Below are positions 31,906 to 34,401 of a DNA stretch of 34,401 bases, piece by piece. The notes under the pieces are model-generated. The model was not told the DNA's origin. It worked only from the letters and a program-made list of their open reading frames with translations, and did not search any database. The stretch covers positions 8,164,189-8,198,589 of the forward strand of contig NC_069008.1 of NCBI RefSeq assembly GCF_001194135.2, read 5' to 3'. The position numbers were made by a program, and so were the translations under genes. Position 1 is the stretch's first letter, and each line of letters opens with the position of its first letter. The stretch is from Octopus bimaculoides (lineage: Eukaryota).

Positions 31906-33179
31906 TTGAGTTATCCGGAAAGTTCGTGTCGATTTATAGTAGCTCACCTTTCGACTTATTTTAGAACATGGTTGAGTCCATAAAATAGGATATGACTACA
32001 CCTCTATTTAGAACACAGTTTAAGCTAACTTTTCGTGGAAGAAGGTTTTATGTTCCTATAACCTGTGTTAATTCTGTAACCCTTTAAAATGGAAGATAAG
32101 AAAGTTCATTTTCGGCACATGATGCTTTTCTTTTCCCGTAAAGGGAAAAATGCTTCACAAGCAACCAAAGAAATATGCGCAGTTTATGGTGATGTTTCTT
32201 AATCCGAAAGAACTGTACGGAAGTGGTTCGAAAGGTTCCGAGCTGGAGATTGTAGCCTTATTGATAAAGAGCGATCAGGCAGACCATCCACTACAGATGA
32301 TGACCAAATCAAGTCATTAATTGAGAATATCCCACATTGCACAACCTGAGAATTGGCAGAAAGCCTCAACCTATTGAAATCCGTCGTTCATGGGGTACAC
32401 AAATCGCTACGATGTTTGGGTACCACGTGAGTTGAGTGAGTAGAACCTTTTGGATCGCATTTCCATCTGTGATTCGTTTTATAAATGGAATGAAAACGCA
32501 CCTTTTTTAAAGCAAATTGTGAAAGGTGATGAGAAATGGATTATCTACCGAAATGTTCAGAGAAAGCGATCCTGAAGTNNNNNNNNNNNNNNNNNNNNNN
32601 NNNNNNNNNNNNNNNNNNNNNNNNNNNNNNNNNNNNNNNNNNNNNNNNNNNNNNNNNNNNNNNNNNNNNNNNNNNNNNNNNNNNNNNNNNNNNNNNNNNN
32701 NNNNNNNNNNNNNNNNNNNNNNNNNNNNNNNNNNNNNNNNNNNNNNNNNNNNNNNNNNNNNNNNNNNNNNNNNNNNNNNNNNNNNNNNNNNNNNNNNNNN
32801 NNNNNNNNNNNNNNNNNNNNNNNNNNNNNNNNNNNNNNNNNNNNNNNNNNNNNNNNNNNNNNNNNNNNNNNNNNNNNNNNNNNNNNNNNNNNNNNNNNNN
32901 NNNNNNNNNNNNNNNNNNNNNNNNNNNNNNNNNNNNNNNNNNNNNNNNNNNNNNNNNNNNNNNNNNNNNNNNNNNNNNACGTAAAAAGATACCTTGATGA
33001 ATTCTTTGCCATGAAACCACCTCAATTCTGGGAAGAGGGTATTTTCAAGTTAAAGGAAAGATGGAGACGCATTCTGCAACAAAATGGTTCATATTTGGTT
33101 GATTAAAAATGTAATGGCAAGTATTTATTGACTTTTTTCTTTCCTTTAAAAATCGGCACGAACTTTCCGGACAACCCAA
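31906..33179 (+). mobile_element. Mariner (Tc1/mariner) DNA transposon, near full length, defective transposase (ATG 32089 to TAA 33106, interrupted by gap 32579-32978)
   Basis: ITRs ttgagttatccggaaagttcgtgtcgattt and aaatcggcacgaactttccggacaacccaa, flanked by TA. Translation gives MEDKKVHFRH...SERTVRKWFERFRAGD...RSGRP (HTH region), IVKGDEKWI (first catalytic D) and FWEEGIFKLKERW. In-frame stops are present. Confidence 0.95.
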
Positions 33180-33230
33180 TATATTCCAAAGACGTTCATG
33201 GGGCGGTTAACTTCCCTGTCAGTGTGTGTG

Positions 33231-33545
33231 TGGAGGTGCAATGGTCCAGTGGTTAGGGCAGCGGACTCGCAGTCGTAGGATCGCGGTATCAATTCCCAGA
33301 CCGGGCGTTGTGAGTGTTTATTGAGCAAAAGCTCCACGTGGCTTCAGCAGGGGTTGGTGGCGAACCCTGCTGTACTCTTTCACCACAACTTTCTCTCACT
33401 CTTTTTTTCCTGTTTCTGTTGTGCCTGTAATTCAAAGGGCCAGCCTTGTCACACTCTGTGTCACACTGAATCTCCCCGAGAACTACGTTAAGGGTTCACG
33501 TGTCTGTGGAGTGCTCAGCCACTTCAACGTTGATTTCATGAGCAA
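33231..33545 (+). mobile_element. tRNA-derived SINE
   Basis: tggtccagtggttagggcagcggactc...ggtatcaattccc head. Its 3' body (caaagggcc.gccttgtcaca...gagaactacgttaaggg) is shared with the SINE at 33691. Confidence 0.8.
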
Positions 33546-33690
33546 GCGTTCGTTCTCTTTCTCTTTAATTTTAGAGGAAATTTTGACCGGTCACTTGGCA
33601 GTATGTATGTATGTATGTATGTATGTATGTATGTATGTATGTATATACGTGCAGATTTGTATGTTTTATATATGTTTACTCATGCACGAA

Positions 33691-34010
33691 GGCGCGTGGC
33701 TTAGTGGTTAGGGCATTCGGCTCACGACCGTAAAGTCGTGAGTTCAATTCCCGGCGACGCGTTGTGTCCTTGAGCAAGACACTTTATTTCACGTTGCTCC
33801 AGTCCACTCAGCTGGCAAAAATGACTTGTACCTGTATATCAAAGGGCCGGCCTTGTCACATTCTGTGTCACGCTGAATCTCTCTGAGAACTACGTTAAGG
33901 GTACACGTGTCTGTGGAGTGCTCAGTCACTTGCACGTTAATTTTACGAGCAGGCTGTTCCGTTGATCGTATCAGCTGGGACCCTCGTCGTCGTAACCGAC
34001 GGAATGCTCC
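33691..34010 (+). mobile_element. Full-length tRNA-derived SINE (head and central domain related to 12684-13024)
   Basis: ggcgcgtggcttagtggttagggc A-box, gagttcaattcc B-box and tgtgtccttgagcaagacactttatttcacgttgctccagtccactcagctg. Confidence 0.85.
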
Positions 34011-34311
34011 TCCTTACTCATGCACATAGTTACATATCTAGATATGCTCATATATATTGAAATGATAAACTTCTGGAAGGTTTTACAGATTTTGACAGTT
34101 CCAGTGAAGGATTGGATCTGTAGTCTTCGAATTAGCTTTCTCCTTTCTGGTTTTGAGAAGCCCAATTTCTCATTGTATGTATATATGTATGTATGTCTGT
34201 ATGTATGTGCACGCGTTCGTGCATGCGTGTGTTTTAATAGCTATGACGACTTTTCCACGTGATAATTGTTTCGGTTTTATCAACAATCTCAAATCAATTC
34301 ATTTGCTAAGC

Positions 34312-34401
34312 AAGCGACGAATTAGCGGAGTCATTAGGACAAATCGCCCAATGGTATTTATTCTAGATCTCTATGCACTGAGTTCAAATCTCGCTAAAAT
34401 C
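34312..34401 (+). mobile_element. Degenerate SINE head (family of 2642-2858), truncated by the window end
   Basis: agcgacgaattagcggagtcattag...ctgagttcaaatctcgc resembles the ggcagaatcgttagc...ctgagttcaaattcc head. Confidence 0.45.

Overview
Eukaryotic, AT-rich, repeat-dense genomic DNA with 7 assembly gaps. The tRNA-derived SINE families, RTE tails and microsatellite load suggest an octopus (cephalopod) genome; this is inferred from recalled repeat sequences, not from a search. There are no rRNA, true tRNA or CRISPR features. Positions 1-20.6 kb and 29.6-34.4 kb are mostly decayed mobile DNA: a CR1/L2-type LINE fragment, RTE LINE 3' ends, R4/Dong-like RLE-type LINE fragments next to (AAT)n arrays, a near-complete fossil Helitron RepHel (about 11.2-16.6 kb, minus strand) with nested insertions, hAT MITEs with 8-bp TSDs, many SINEs (two closely spaced inverted pairs) and a defective mariner flanked by an extra pair of 50-bp inverted arms. 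The one convincing host feature is a giant uninterrupted coding exon (ATG 20846 to GT donor after 29603, about 2,919 codons). It encodes an Asn/Ser/Asp/Glu-rich, probably disordered protein with no recognisable domain. Its C-terminal two-thirds are eight diverged tandem repeats of about 200-275 aa, with recurring Cys positions and nested 14-aa N-x-N-Y-G-N-x-D-V sub-repeats. The gene appears to continue beyond the window and cannot be named from sequence alone.
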